Under the pieces are notes generated by a model, which was not told the DNA's origin, made no database searches, and saw only the letters and a program-made list of their open reading frames with translations. This document shows positions 1 to 7,221 of a stretch of 23,257 nucleotides of DNA, piece after piece. Source of the stretch: an uncultured Alcaligenaceae bacterium (GTDB taxonomy: Bacteria; Planctomycetota; Planctomycetia; Gemmatales; Gemmataceae); contig CAZFGM010000015.1 in NCBI GenBank assembly GCA_964518515.1, forward strand, positions 1 to 23,257, read 5' to 3'. The first letter of the stretch is position 1. The number at the start of each line of letters is the position of its first letter. The position numbers and the translations under genes were made by a program.

Positions 1-44
1 GAGTCTGCTGTGCTACCGTTACACCATTCCCCAGGGTGAGGCAG

Positions 45-110
45 TTAATATATAATAATAACTTTGCCTTTGGGATTAAACAAGTCGTGTCGATTTGTCA
101 ATCGACCACG
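45..110 (+). promoter_or_regulatory. AT-rich TATAAT-containing segment (51-56) followed by a 7-4-7 inverted repeat GTCGATT-tgtc-AATCGAC (89-106). Candidate promoter/operator at the head of a ~180-nt leader upstream of the NuoH-like gene.
   Basis: TATAAT hexamer at 51-56 in an otherwise GC-rich context. Perfect inverted repeat at 89-106. Further GC palindromes at 150-230 (CGCGGA..TCCGCG, CGCAG..CTGCG). No convincing -35 box. Confidence 0.25.
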
Positions 111-243
111 GAGTGCAAGACCAATTTGCAACGACTCCCCTTAAAACCCGTGTAGCCGCGGACCGCAGATCCGCGTAGACAGGATCCTGTCACCGATAGT
201 ATCCTGCCCGCGCAGTTCTGCGACCTGCGGCTAAACGAGTGGG

Positions 244-1167
244 ATGGAATCCATGATCGTTTTATCGGTTTTTCACTACCTGCTGGCGCTGGCGGGCGCT
301 CCTTTGCTCCTGGGAATCATCAACCGCACGAAAGCGGTGGTAGCGGGACGTGCCGGTCCGCCGCTGTTGCAGCTCTACTACGACCTGTGGAAACTGCTGC
401 ACAAGGGTGTGGTTTATAGCCGGACCACGACGTGGGTTTTCCGGGCCGGGCCGATTGTAGGTCTGGCGGCGGTGGGGACGGCCTTGCTGCTGGTGCCGTT
501 CGGCGGCGTCCCGGCGGTATTGTGGTTTAACGGCGACTTGGTGCTGTTGGCTTACCTTTTGGGTGTGGCCCGTTTCTTTACCGTGGCGGCGGCCCTGGAT
601 ACCGGCTCGAGCTTCGAGGGCATGGGCGCCAGCCGGGAAGTCTTTTTCGCGGCCCTGGTCGAGCCGGCCCTGTTAGTGGGCCTGGCCGCTGTGCTCCGCG
701 AAACCCAGGTCCTGTCGCTGTCCGCCAGTCACGCCCGATTCGCCAACGCAGGCATCTGGTATCAGGCCACCTTGACCTTGTCCCTGGTCACCGCCGCCCT
801 GATGGTCATCTTGCTCGTGGAGAATTGCCGGATTCCCTTCGACGATCCCACCACGCACCTGGAACTGACCATGATCCACGAGGTGATGGTGCTGGATCAC
901 AGCGGGCCGGACTTCGCCTACATCCTGTACGGGGCGGCCTTGAAGCTGTGGCTGGTTGGGGCGCTGGTCGTCGGCCTGGTGATACCGCCCACTGGAATAA
1001 TTGGCGTGGACAGCGTGCTGGCTCTTATGGCCCTGGGTTTGCTGGCCGTTCTAATCGGATTGATCGAATCGTCGATGGCCCGGCTGCGGTTGTTGCGGGT
1101 GCCGCAGTTGCTCGTCGGCGCCACTTCGCTGGCGGTCCTGGCTTTTGTCCTGGAGACCTTGAGGTAA
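244..1167 (+). CDS. Membrane subunit of formate-hydrogenlyase / hydrogenase-4 type complex (HycD/HyfC/EchB family, NuoH homolog)
   Basis: N-terminal signature GIINRTKAVVAGRAGPPLLQLYYDLWKLLHKG matches the conserved GxxR(K)xxARxQxRxGPxxxQxYxDLxKLxxK motif of HycD/NuoH. Polytopic hydrophobic protein of 307 aa. First gene after a long leader. Confidence 0.85.
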   Translation: MESMIVLSVFHYLLALAGAPLLLGIINRTKAVVAGRAGPPLLQLYYDLWKLLHKGVVYSRTTTWVFRAGPIVGLAAVGTALLLVPFGGVPAVLWFNGDLVLLAYLLGVARFFTVAAALDTGSSFEGMGASREVFFAALVEPALLVGLAAVLRETQVLSLSASHARFANAGIWYQATLTLSLVTAALMVILLVENCRIPFDDPTTHLELTMIHEVMVLDHSGPDFAYILYGAALKLWLVGALVVGLVIPPTGIIGVDSVLALMALGLLAVLIGLIESSMARLRLLRVPQLLVGATSLAVLAFVLETLR

Positions 1168-1195
1168 GCAACCAGCGCTCAATAAGTGCTTGTTT

Positions 1196-1254
1196 CTGTA
1201 GGACGGATTTCCAATCCGTCCTCGCCCGCAGACGATTAGAAATCCGTCCTACAC
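1196..1254. repeat. Intercistronic palindromic element, family A (nested hairpins).
   Basis: Inner hairpin GGACGGATT-tcc-AATCCGTCC at 1201-1221. Outer 14-bp arms GTAGGACGGATTTC (1198-1211) and GAAATCCGTCCTAC (1239-1252). Lies in the 101-nt gap between the NuoH-like and HyfE-like genes. Confidence 0.6.
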
Positions 1255-1268
1255 GAGATAGTAAGAAC

Positions 1269-1907
1269 ATGGTGTCGTTTCTGCTGGTTTTTGTCGTGCT
1301 GACGAATCTGGCCCTGGTCGGCTCGAGCCGGCTGGCCCTGGGGATTCGCGTGCTGGCGGGTCAGGGCGTTGCTCTGGGCCTGTTGCCGCTGGCGCTTCCG
1401 GGTCATGAGCTGGTTTGGCGGCTCTATCTCATTGCCGCCGCCAGCATTGGATTAAAGGGAGTAGTTTTTCCGCGCATGTTGTTTCGCGCCATGCGCGACG
1501 CCAATATCCGCCATGAAGTCGAGCCGTATGTGGGCTTTTCGGTGTCCATTCTGGCGGGAGTTTTAACTCTGGGTTTGGCGGTGTGGCTGGGGCCGCGGCT
1601 GGACCTGGGCTTGCCGCGGGCATACGATCCGCTGATATTGCCGACCGCGCTGTTTGCCGTGTTGATCGGCCTGTTTTTGATCGTCAGCCGAAGAAAGGCC
1701 TTGATGCAGGTCATGGGATATCTCGCCCTGGAAAACGGCATCTACCTGTTCGGCATCACGCTGGCGGCCGAGGAGCCATTTTTGGTGGAAATGGGAGTCC
1801 TGTTGGATGTGTTCGTGGCCGTGTTTGTCATGGGGATTGCGATCTTCCATATCAGCCGCGAGTTCGATCACATGGACGTGGAAAAGCTGTCGAGCTTGAA
1901 AGATTGA
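1269..1907 (+). CDS. Hydrogenase-4 component E-like small membrane subunit (HyfE family)
   Basis: 213 aa. C-terminal half (RKALMQVMGYLALENGIYLFGITLAAEEPFLVEMGVLLDVFVAVFVM ... HMDVEKLSSLKD) is collinear with E. coli HyfE (RNILRQIFGYCLMENGSHLVLALLA ... LDVNNLTALKG). The track ORF 825-1907 is an in-frame upstream extension that overlaps the previous gene. ATG at 1269 gives the homologous start. Confidence 0.85.
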   Translation: MVSFLLVFVVLTNLALVGSSRLALGIRVLAGQGVALGLLPLALPGHELVWRLYLIAAASIGLKGVVFPRMLFRAMRDANIRHEVEPYVGFSVSILAGVLTLGLAVWLGPRLDLGLPRAYDPLILPTALFAVLIGLFLIVSRRKALMQVMGYLALENGIYLFGITLAAEEPFLVEMGVLLDVFVAVFVMGIAIFHISREFDHMDVEKLSSLKD

Positions 1908-1915
1908 GCGTTGCG

Positions 1916-1976
1916 TTCCGAGCCGGAAGCGTTAGCGATGCCAACCAAGAACCTCGCTTACGCTTCCGGCTCGGAA
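1916..1976. repeat. Intercistronic palindromic element, family B, copy 1
   Basis: 20-bp arms CCGAGCCGGAAGCGTTAGCG (1918-1937) and CGCTTACGCTTCCGGCTCGG (1955-1974), with one mismatch and a loop containing AACCAA. Lies in the 86-nt gap between the HyfE-like and antiporter-like genes. Confidence 0.6.
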
Positions 1977-1993
1977 ATTTCCCGAGGGAACCG

Positions 1994-3475
1994 ATGCTCG
2001 TCGCGATAATCTTACTTCCGGCCCTGGCGGGGATAGCGTCATTTGCCCTCCCCTGGCACGGGGTGCGGCGGCTGCTTTGGGTGGTCACGGCCGGCGGCCA
2101 TGGGTTCCTGACGGTGGCTCTGTGGCTGGAGCCGCCGCCGCCGGCGCATGCCGACGACGTGCTGTTTCTGGACGCTGCCGGGCAGATTTTTCTCGGCATC
2201 ACCAGCCTGTTGTTTCTGGTCGCCGCGGTGTACGGCGTGGGGTACCTGGCCAAGGAAAAAGTGGGCCCGCGGCCCGACTTCTTCGCGACCTTGCTGTTCC
2301 GCAATGAACCCGAGGCAGTCTTTACGGGATGTTTGCTGCTTTTTCTGTCCTCCATGACTTTGGTGATCGTCAGTCAACATTTCGGTTTGATGTGGGTGGC
2401 CATCGAGGCGACGACGCTGGCCAGCGCCCCGCTCATCTATTTTCACCGGCACCCGCGTTCCCTGGAGGCGGCCTGGAAATACTTGCTGATTTGTTCGGTG
2501 GGCATCGCCCTGGCCCTTTTGGGCAATTATCTTTTGGCGGCGTGGGCCCGGCCGCTGGCCGGCGAACACTTTTCCTTGACCCTCGGCCACCTGCGCGGCA
2601 CGAGCGCCGCCAAGCTGTCCGAGCCGGCCCTGATGGCCGCCTTCCTGTTTTTCCTTGTCGGTTACGGCACCAAGATGGGCCTGGCCCCGTTGCACACCTG
2701 GCTGCCGGACGCCCACAGCGAAGCGCCGTCGCTGGTATCCGCCTTGCTCTCCGGGGCCTTGCTCAACTGCTCCCTTTTGGCCCTGTTGCGGGCCTTTCAG
2801 GTGTGCCTGAGCGCCGGTTTGGGAGATTTCGCCCGTGAGCTATTGATCCTGTTCGGCTTGATTTCCATGGGCGTGGCCGCGGTTTTCATTCTCGGCCAGA
2901 CCGATTTCAAACGCATGTTGGCCTATTCGTCGGTCGAGCACATGGGCATCTTGGCCCTGGGGATCGGCCTGGGCGGGCAGGCGGGACCCTACGGTGCGAT
3001 GCTGCACGCCATCAACCATTCGCTGACCAAGGCGACTCTGTTTTTGGCGGCCGGCAATATCCTGGCCGCCTTTCACACCAAGAACGTCCACGATGTTCGC
3101 GGCTTGGCGCGCGTCTTGCCCGTCACGGGCCTGTTGTGGCTGGGGGGCTTTCTCGCCCTGACCGGTTCGCCGCCGTTTGGTCCGTTCCTGAGCGAGTTCA
3201 CCATTCTCAAGGCGGCCCTGGAGGCCGATCGTCCCCTGGTGGCTGTCCTATACCTGGTGTTCCTGGCCCTCATCTTCGTCGGCATGGCGACGATCGTCTT
3301 GCGGATGGTGCAAGGCCCCGCGGGTTTTCTTCCCGGAGAGGCCAAACGGGAACGCTGGTGGGCGATCCTGCCGCCGGCCCTTCTGGGTCTGGGCGTGCTC
3401 GTTCTGGGACTGTACGTGCCGCCAGTATTGCAGCAGGTCCTGGAAAACGCCGGGCACACGCTGGGGGGACGATGA
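1994..3475 (+). CDS. Complex-I antiporter-like subunit (NuoN/NuoM/HyfF-HyfD family) of the hydrogenase-4-like module
   Basis: 493 aa polytopic membrane protein with NuoL/M/N-family conserved stretches (GYGTKMGLAPLHTWLPDAHSEAPSLVSALLSGALLN; AYSSVEHMGILALGIG). ATG at 1994 is preceded by GAGGGA. The track ORF 1583-3475 is an upstream in-frame extension. Confidence 0.8.
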   Translation: MLVAIILLPALAGIASFALPWHGVRRLLWVVTAGGHGFLTVALWLEPPPPAHADDVLFLDAAGQIFLGITSLLFLVAAVYGVGYLAKEKVGPRPDFFATLLFRNEPEAVFTGCLLLFLSSMTLVIVSQHFGLMWVAIEATTLASAPLIYFHRHPRSLEAAWKYLLICSVGIALALLGNYLLAAWARPLAGEHFSLTLGHLRGTSAAKLSEPALMAAFLFFLVGYGTKMGLAPLHTWLPDAHSEAPSLVSALLSGALLNCSLLALLRAFQVCLSAGLGDFARELLILFGLISMGVAAVFILGQTDFKRMLAYSSVEHMGILALGIGLGGQAGPYGAMLHAINHSLTKATLFLAAGNILAAFHTKNVHDVRGLARVLPVTGLLWLGGFLALTGSPPFGPFLSEFTILKAALEADRPLVAVLYLVFLALIFVGMATIVLRMVQGPAGFLPGEAKRERWWAILPPALLGLGVLVLGLYVPPVLQQVLENAGHTLGGR

Positions 3476-3484
3476 TGGCAGCTT

Positions 3485-3543
3485 GTGGGGCACGTTTTCA
3501 ACGTGCCGGTGGTGGGGGCAGGCACGTTGAAAACGTGCCCCAC
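3485..3543. repeat. Intercistronic palindromic element, family C (two self-complementary hairpins that also pair with each other).
   Basis: Arms GTGGGGCACGTTTTCAACGTGCC (3485-3507) and GGCACGTTGAAAACGTGCCCCAC (3521-3543) are perfect reverse complements. Each arm is itself a hairpin (GCACGTT..AACGTGC). Lies in the 88-nt gap before the large-subunit gene. Confidence 0.6.
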
Positions 3544-3563
3544 TTCCAAACGCTGGGAGGTCG

Positions 3564-5174
3564 ATGATGGCCGACGCCGCGCTGCCCTGGTTTTTCAATG
3601 CCCAGCCGATCTCGCTGCGCGACCTACCGTGCTTGACGGTGGACCGGTTCCGCGCCACGCTGCTCGACCAGGTCCGCCAGGGGAGTCGCGTCGTCGCTTT
3701 TTTCGGACAATTCCGAGCCGGAAGCGTAAGCGACGGTCTAACCAAACCCGTCGCTTACGCTTCCGGCTCGGACGTCGCTTACGCTTCCGGCTCGGACGGA
3801 GCACAGGGGGTGGTCCGCCTCTACGCGGTCCTGGCCCAGCGCGAAGAAGGCCAGTTGACCGCCCTGGCGTGCGACGTGGACGATCGCTACCCCGCCCTAA
3901 CACCGGATTGCCCGCAAGTCCACTGGTTCGAGCGGGAAATTGCCGAGCAGTGGGGCGTAATTCCGGAAGGGCATCCGTGGCTCAAGCCGATTCGCTTTCA
4001 CCGCTCGTATCGGCCCGGCCACGACGCCTGGGGCCGTTCCGCGGACGATCCCATCCAGCCGTGCGTCACGGACTATTTCCAGGTGGCGGGCAGCGAGATT
4101 CATGAGGTGGCCGTCGGGCCGGTGCATGCAGGAGTGATCGAGCCGGGGCACTTCCGCTTTCAGTGCCACGGCGAAAAAGTCTATCACCTGGAAATAGCGC
4201 TGGGCTATCAGCATCGTGGCGTGGAGCCGGCCCTGCGCGGCGGGCCAAACAAGCGAACCATTCATTACATGGAAACCCTAGCCGGCGACACGACAGTCGG
4301 CCACGCCACGGCCTACTGCCAGGCGTTGGAGGCCCTGGCAGAAACCGCGGTGCCGTTTCGGGCCCAGGCCGTGCGAGCGGTGGGCCTCGAATTGGAACGC
4401 CTGGCCAACCACACCGGCGACGTCGGCGCCCTGGCCGCCGACGTCGGCTATTTGTCCACCGCCGCCTACTGCGGTCGGCTGCGCGGCGACTTTCTCAACG
4501 CTACCGCTCTCCTCTGCGGCAGCCGGTTCGGACGCGGCCTGGTCCGACCAGGCGGCGTGGGCTTCGATTTGGAGGCCGCGCGCCTCCAGGATTTGCAAGG
4601 CCGGTTGACCGCCGCCCTCAAAGACGTGACCGGCGCCGTCAACCTGCTCTGGCATACCCCCTCGGTGCAGGCCCGCTTCGAAGAAACCGGCGCCGTGTCG
4701 CAGAGGGCCTGTCTGGAAATCGGCCTGGTAGGTCCCGCCGCCCGCGCCTGCGGCGTCGATCACGATGTCCGACACGATTTCCCGACCGGCATCTTTCGCT
4801 TCATGCAGATTCCGGTTTCCACTGCCCTCACAGGAGACGTCTTCGCCCGCGCCTACGTCCGCTGGCTGGAAATTCAGCGTTCGGGGGAATTTTTGCAGCA
4901 GCAGCTCCGCAGCCTGCCCGCTGGCCCGGTCCGCGTTCCTCTCGGGGGATTGATGCCGGACGCCTTGGTGGTGTCGCTGGTCGAGGGCTGGCGCGGGGAA
5001 ATCTGCCATGTCGCCCTGACCGACGCCCACGGCCGGTTCGCCGCCTACAAAGTCGTCGATCCGTCGTTCCACAACTGGTTCGGTCTGGCCCTCGCCCTGC
5101 GCGGCCAGCAGATATCCGATTTCCCGCTATGCAACAAGAGCTTCAATCTGTCCTATTGCGGACATGACCTGTAA
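3564..5174 (+). CDS. NuoC-NuoD fusion 'large subunit' homolog of group-4 hydrogenases (HycE/HyfG-like) lacking the N-terminal [NiFe] cysteine pair. Energy-converting hydrogenase-related (Ehr-type) catalytic-subunit homolog.
   Basis: N-terminal NuoC-like motif RYPALTPDCPQVHWFEREIAEQWGVIPEGHPWL. NuoD/large-subunit core GPVHAGVIEPGHFRF and HRGVE. The L1 motif position reads ETLAGDTTVGHATAY instead of ERxCGxCxxxHSTAY. The C-terminus reads DFPLCNKSFNLSYC instead of DPCxxCxxR. The start may be ATG 3564 or 3567 (RBS GGGAGG at 3556-3561). Confidence 0.8.
   Translation: MMADAALPWFFNAQPISLRDLPCLTVDRFRATLLDQVRQGSRVVAFFGQFRAGSVSDGLTKPVAYASGSDVAYASGSDGAQGVVRLYAVLAQREEGQLTALACDVDDRYPALTPDCPQVHWFEREIAEQWGVIPEGHPWLKPIRFHRSYRPGHDAWGRSADDPIQPCVTDYFQVAGSEIHEVAVGPVHAGVIEPGHFRFQCHGEKVYHLEIALGYQHRGVEPALRGGPNKRTIHYMETLAGDTTVGHATAYCQALEALAETAVPFRAQAVRAVGLELERLANHTGDVGALAADVGYLSTAAYCGRLRGDFLNATALLCGSRFGRGLVRPGGVGFDLEAARLQDLQGRLTAALKDVTGAVNLLWHTPSVQARFEETGAVSQRACLEIGLVGPAARACGVDHDVRHDFPTGIFRFMQIPVSTALTGDVFARAYVRWLEIQRSGEFLQQQLRSLPAGPVRVPLGGLMPDALVVSLVEGWRGEICHVALTDAHGRFAAYKVVDPSFHNWFGLALALRGQQISDFPLCNKSFNLSYCGHDL
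3711..3796. repeat. Family B palindromic element, copy 2, sitting in frame inside the large-subunit CDS. Its right arm is tandemly duplicated (2 x 24 nt).
   Basis: Perfect 25-bp arms TCCGAGCCGGAAGCGTAAGCGACGG (3712-3736) and CCGTCGCTTACGCTTCCGGCTCGGA (3748-3772). Loop tctaaccaaac. The 24-nt unit CGTCGCTTACGCTTCCGGCTCGGA repeats at 3749-3772 and 3773-3796. Translated as ...SVSDGLTKPVAYASGSDVAYASGSD... in a loop region of the NuoC-like domain. Confidence 0.6.
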
Positions 5175-5247
5175 CGAAAAAAAAGAGGATGGAGGATAGA
5201 GAATAGCGGATAGAGATAACGAATAACTCTTGTCTCTTTGGCCCCTG

Positions 5248-5277
5248 ATTGCATTTCTCCTCTTTCCTCTTCATAAT
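5248..5277 (+). promoter_or_regulatory. Sigma70-like promoter TTGCAT-17 nt-CATAAT upstream of the beta-propeller/peroxidase gene.
   Basis: TTGCAT at 5248-5253, a 17-nt pyrimidine-rich spacer, CATAAT at 5271-5276. G-rich RBS (GGGGGGAGTGGAG) at 5303-5315 before ATG 5319. Preceded by direct repeats GGATAGAGA (5192-5200, 5207-5215). Confidence 0.4.
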
Positions 5278-5318
5278 GATAAAGTTCGCCCTTGGTGCAT
5301 TTTGGGGGGAGTGGAGAA

Positions 5319-7211
5319 ATGCCGCGCTTTTACGGATTGGGTTGGGTACTGGCTGCCGTTGGCCTGGTGCTTTCGGGCGTTCACGCCGGCACCTCGAACA
5401 GCTTGTTAGATGTGTCGCCGGACGGCAAATATCTCCTGGCCGCCAACGCCGACAACGCCACGGTCACGGTGGTCGATACCCAGGGACGCAAGGCCCTGCG
5501 GGAAATCAAGGTCGGCGACAAGCCCGAAAGCGTGACCTGGATCGGCGCCGGCCCGCTGGCCGCCGCCGCGGTGTACAAGGAAAACCAGGTCGTAATTTTC
5601 AACACCCAGAATGGTGGGCTGGTCCGGCGAATCCCGGTCTCTCCGGAGCCCTACGGCATCGTGGCCGACAAGGCCGGCAAGCGCGCCTGGGTCACCCACG
5701 AATATCCGGGCACGATCAGCGAAATCGATCTGGAAAACCATAAAGTGCTTCGCGAAATCAAGGCCGGTGCCTTCCTGCGCGGCATGGCTCTTAGCCCGGA
5801 TGAAAAGTGCCTTTATGTCGCCGAGTTTTACACGGGCATCCTCCGCGCCGTCGATCTGGCCTCCGGAAAAGTGGCCGATTCGTGGAAAGGCCACAGCACC
5901 GATAACCTGGCCCGGCACGTTGCCCTGCATCCGCGGCGGCCGAAGGCCTACCTGGCCCACCTCCGCTCGATGGTCACGGTCAACGACGGCAGCGGCTCGA
6001 TCTTTCCGCACCTCAGCATCTGCGACCTGAAGCCGGGAGAGGGCCGGCGCCGCAACGCCTTCGGCATGGATACCTTTAACAATCTATCCGTCGTTACCAA
6101 TCCCTGGGAGACCGCCCTTTCGCCGGACGCCAAACGGTTGTACGTCATCTATGCCGCCACCAACGACATGAATGTTTGCAATGTCGTGGACGATGATTAC
6201 AACGAGATGGATCGGGTCGGCGGCCTGGTGCGCCTGGGCAACAATCCCCGCGCCGTGCGCGTCAGTCCGGACAGCAAGACGGTGTACATTTACAACGCCA
6301 TGGATTTCGCCGTCGCGGTTTACAATGCCGACATGAAATTCCTGGCCACGATCAAGGTGTGCGATCCGCCGGCGACCAAGACACCGGAGTGGGTGCGTGG
6401 CAAGATCCTGTTCAACACCTCCAATCCACCGCTGTCCAGCCGGCGCTGGGTGGCCTGCTCGTCGTGCCATCCGGACGGCCATCACGACGCGCGCGTGTGG
6501 CAGCAACCGGAGGGGCTGCGCAAAACGACCGCCTTTTTCGGCATGGCCCACACGCATCCGTTGCACTGGTCCGCCGACCGCGACGAGGTCCAGGATTTCG
6601 AGTTCACCATCCGCAGCCAGCTCATGCAAGGCCGGGGCTTGTTGACCGGGCCGATCAAGAGCAAGCGCGGTTTCGAAAAAGTTGAGCTGGAGGAAAAAAC
6701 TTCCGGCCGATCCAAGGACCTGGACGCCCTGGCCATTTACTGCAACTCCTTCGATTTCCCGCTGTCGCCGCACATCCAGGCGCCGGGCAAGCTCAAACCC
6801 GAGGCCGAGCGCGGCAAGAAGCTCTTTTTCAGCAAAGAAGTTGGCTGCGCCGGCTGCCATAGCGGGCCCTACTTCACCGATAGCAGCTTGAAAAAACCGT
6901 TTGTCATGCACGACGTCGGCACCGGCAACGACGATCCCACCGAGAAAATGGGGGCCATATATGACACCCCCACCTTGCTCGGCATATATCGCACCGCTCC
7001 CTACCTTCACCATGGCAAGGCCAAGACCCTGCACGAAGTCTTGACCGTGTTCAACAAACAGGACAAGCACGGGCGGACCAGCCACCTCAAGAAAGACGAG
7101 CTTGATGATCTGGCGGCGTTCCTGCAAGCGTTGCCGTACGAGCCGCCGCCGGCGGTGACGCCCAACACGGTGGACTTCCGCGTGCCGCCGGGGTACCAGG
7201 CCAAGCCGTAA
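5319..7211 (+). CDS. Secreted fusion protein: N-terminal YVTN-type beta-propeller repeats plus C-terminal di-heme cytochrome c peroxidase (CCP/MauG family) domain.
   Basis: Signal peptide MPRFYGLGWVLAAVGLVLSGVHA. At least four SPDxKxLYVxN...V.VVD repeats (SPDGKYLLAANADNATVTVVD, SPDEKCLYVAEF, SPDAKRLYVIYAATND, SPDSKTVYIYNAMD). Two CxxCH haem motifs (CSSCH, CAGCH). CCP-like WSADR and CAGCHSGPYFTD. TAPYLHHGKAKTLHEVL resembles CCP TAPYMHDG but Met is replaced by Leu. Confidence 0.75.
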   Translation: MPRFYGLGWVLAAVGLVLSGVHAGTSNSLLDVSPDGKYLLAANADNATVTVVDTQGRKALREIKVGDKPESVTWIGAGPLAAAAVYKENQVVIFNTQNGGLVRRIPVSPEPYGIVADKAGKRAWVTHEYPGTISEIDLENHKVLREIKAGAFLRGMALSPDEKCLYVAEFYTGILRAVDLASGKVADSWKGHSTDNLARHVALHPRRPKAYLAHLRSMVTVNDGSGSIFPHLSICDLKPGEGRRRNAFGMDTFNNLSVVTNPWETALSPDAKRLYVIYAATNDMNVCNVVDDDYNEMDRVGGLVRLGNNPRAVRVSPDSKTVYIYNAMDFAVAVYNADMKFLATIKVCDPPATKTPEWVRGKILFNTSNPPLSSRRWVACSSCHPDGHHDARVWQQPEGLRKTTAFFGMAHTHPLHWSADRDEVQDFEFTIRSQLMQGRGLLTGPIKSKRGFEKVELEEKTSGRSKDLDALAIYCNSFDFPLSPHIQAPGKLKPEAERGKKLFFSKEVGCAGCHSGPYFTDSSLKKPFVMHDVGTGNDDPTEKMGAIYDTPTLLGIYRTAPYLHHGKAKTLHEVLTVFNKQDKHGRTSHLKKDELDDLAAFLQALPYEPPPAVTPNTVDFRVPPGYQAKP

Positions 7212-7221
7212 GGAGGCTGAC

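Noticed and set aside
825-1907. 360-aa ORF on the track
   Set aside because: Its first 148 codons overlap the NuoH-like gene in another frame and translate to Gly/Arg-rich low-complexity sequence. ATG 1269 gives a 213-aa protein collinear with HyfE.
1583-3475. 630-aa ORF on the track
   Set aside because: The 5' 137 codons overlap the HyfE-like gene and have no homologous content. ATG 1994 with an upstream GAGGGA gives a normal NuoN/M-like start.
3749-3796. Possible CRISPR-like direct repeats
   Set aside because: Only two adjacent 24-nt units with no spacers. They belong to the arm of a palindromic element. No repeat-spacer array exists anywhere in the window.
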